Below are positions 62,807-64,000 of a stretch of 64,000 nt of DNA, in pieces. Positions within the stretch are counted from its first letter, which is position 1; each line of letters begins with the position of its first letter. The stretch comes from Ylistrum balloti (taxonomy: Eukaryota). Position numbers and translations under genes: made by a program. The stretch covers positions 1 to 64,000 of the forward strand of contig NW_026782269.1 of NCBI RefSeq assembly GCF_031769215.1. Direction: 5' to 3'. The notes below the pieces were generated by a model. That model was not told the DNA's origin. It made no database searches and saw only the letters and a program-made list of their open reading frames with translations.

Positions 62807-63594
62807 GTAAGCAAATCATTCCTACGGTACCTAACCCTGGCCCAGGGGACATAACCCATGATCTAACAACCTCCGTTACCCTACAAGGGCCGGAGCTCCC
62901 ATCCTCAGCTCGATCCTCTCTGGTCCTTCGCAGATCATCAGGGGTGGAGCCTAATTCCCGACAAAGTCTCCGATCTTCTATACAAATACAGCACCTCAGT
63001 ATGGGTGGCCTATGACTTCCAACCTCCATTGGAATTGTTAATTACATGGATGAGGTTCAGTAGTTCCTAGACCTCTTTGCTCATGACTTTATTTGATAAG
63101 TTTGTTTTCTAAAAGATGGTAATGTTTACAAGAAAAGTTAAACTATAGTTTGCCATCTTAGATTTTAATTTCATCATATTTGATTTTTTTAGTTTTGTAA
63201 GTTTAAGATTTAATCATAACCTTAGACTTGTTGCCCTCGATATTGTTAGTGAGGGGGTAAAGGCACAGCAGACCCTGTTTCTTTGTAAGTGGTTTCAGAG
63301 ACAGGTTGTTACAACGATTCAGTTATGTTACTGAGCTGTATACGCAGACAATGTTTACAAGGCAGCAGACATTATCATTTTTTTCATTGACTCTTTATTT
63401 ACAGCTGTATTTTTTTTCTTTAATTGTTGCTTTTTCCATTTAACTGTATACATGCTGCAAACATATAGGTTATATAGACAAAGTTTGCACAGCAGATGTG
63501 TAAACAAGGTCATCTGTCTGTGCCATTCTAACACATCATATTACTCTTTGCTACAAAGCTTTTAATTTAGCTGTTATTGTTAGGATTGATACAG

Positions 63595-63683
63595 GCATCT
63601 AGAGAGTGTGTGTGTGAGGGAGGGGTATATAGACATCTAGAGAGTGTGTGTCTGTGTGTGAGGGAGGGGGGATATCGACATCT

Positions 63684-63758
<75 letters not shown>

Positions 63759-64000
63759 GAGGGGGGATATAGACATCTAGAGAGAGAGTGTGTGCATGTG
63801 TATATGGGAGGGGGATATAGACATCTAGAGAGAGAGTGTTTGCATGTGTATATGGGAGGGGGATATAGACATCTAGAGAGAGTGTGTGTGTGAGGGAGGG
63901 GGATATCGACATCTAGAGAGAGTGTGTGTGTGTATATGGGAGGGGGGATATAGACATCTAGAGAGAGAGTGTGTGCATGGGTATATGGGAGGGGGATATA
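63595..64000. repeat. (GT)n microsatellite embedded in a ~40-bp GAGGGGGATATAGACATCTAGAGAGAGTGTGTG repeat
   Basis: Directly visible; runs off the window end. Confidence 0.95.

Overview
AT-rich eukaryotic genomic DNA, probably a marine invertebrate (repeat landscape resembles bivalve molluscs; this is an inference), with one 242-N gap. Bases 1-46 kb hold no host gene I can support. They contain about a dozen minisatellite arrays and decayed mobile elements: a PIF/Harbinger-type DDE+SWIM transposase pseudogene, I-clade and CR1/L2-like LINE pieces, and Penelope-like elements of two types. The + strand from 46692 to at least 62806 carries a SOWAH (sosondowah) ankyrin-repeat gene that I assembled by hand into 15 coding exons. 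Three things stand out. (1) The ankyrin beta-hairpins of this gene are encoded by one 12-nt and four 3-nt single-codon microexons (DFTN|G|Y and N|G), each with canonical splice sites, and together they restore the family motif. (2) A 7-copy head-to-tail array of a 45-bp unit at 24406-24713 is a bare minimal hammerhead ribozyme, with two decayed relatives elsewhere in the window. (3) A 407-bp miniature LTR retroelement in intron 1 has TSD, PBS and PPT, and its LTRs carry a tRNA-derived Pol III promoter, a tRNA analogue of the plant 5S-bearing Cassandra design. All family assignments come from motif recall and manual reading, not database searches. Most long ORFs in the supplied track are tandem-repeat artefacts.
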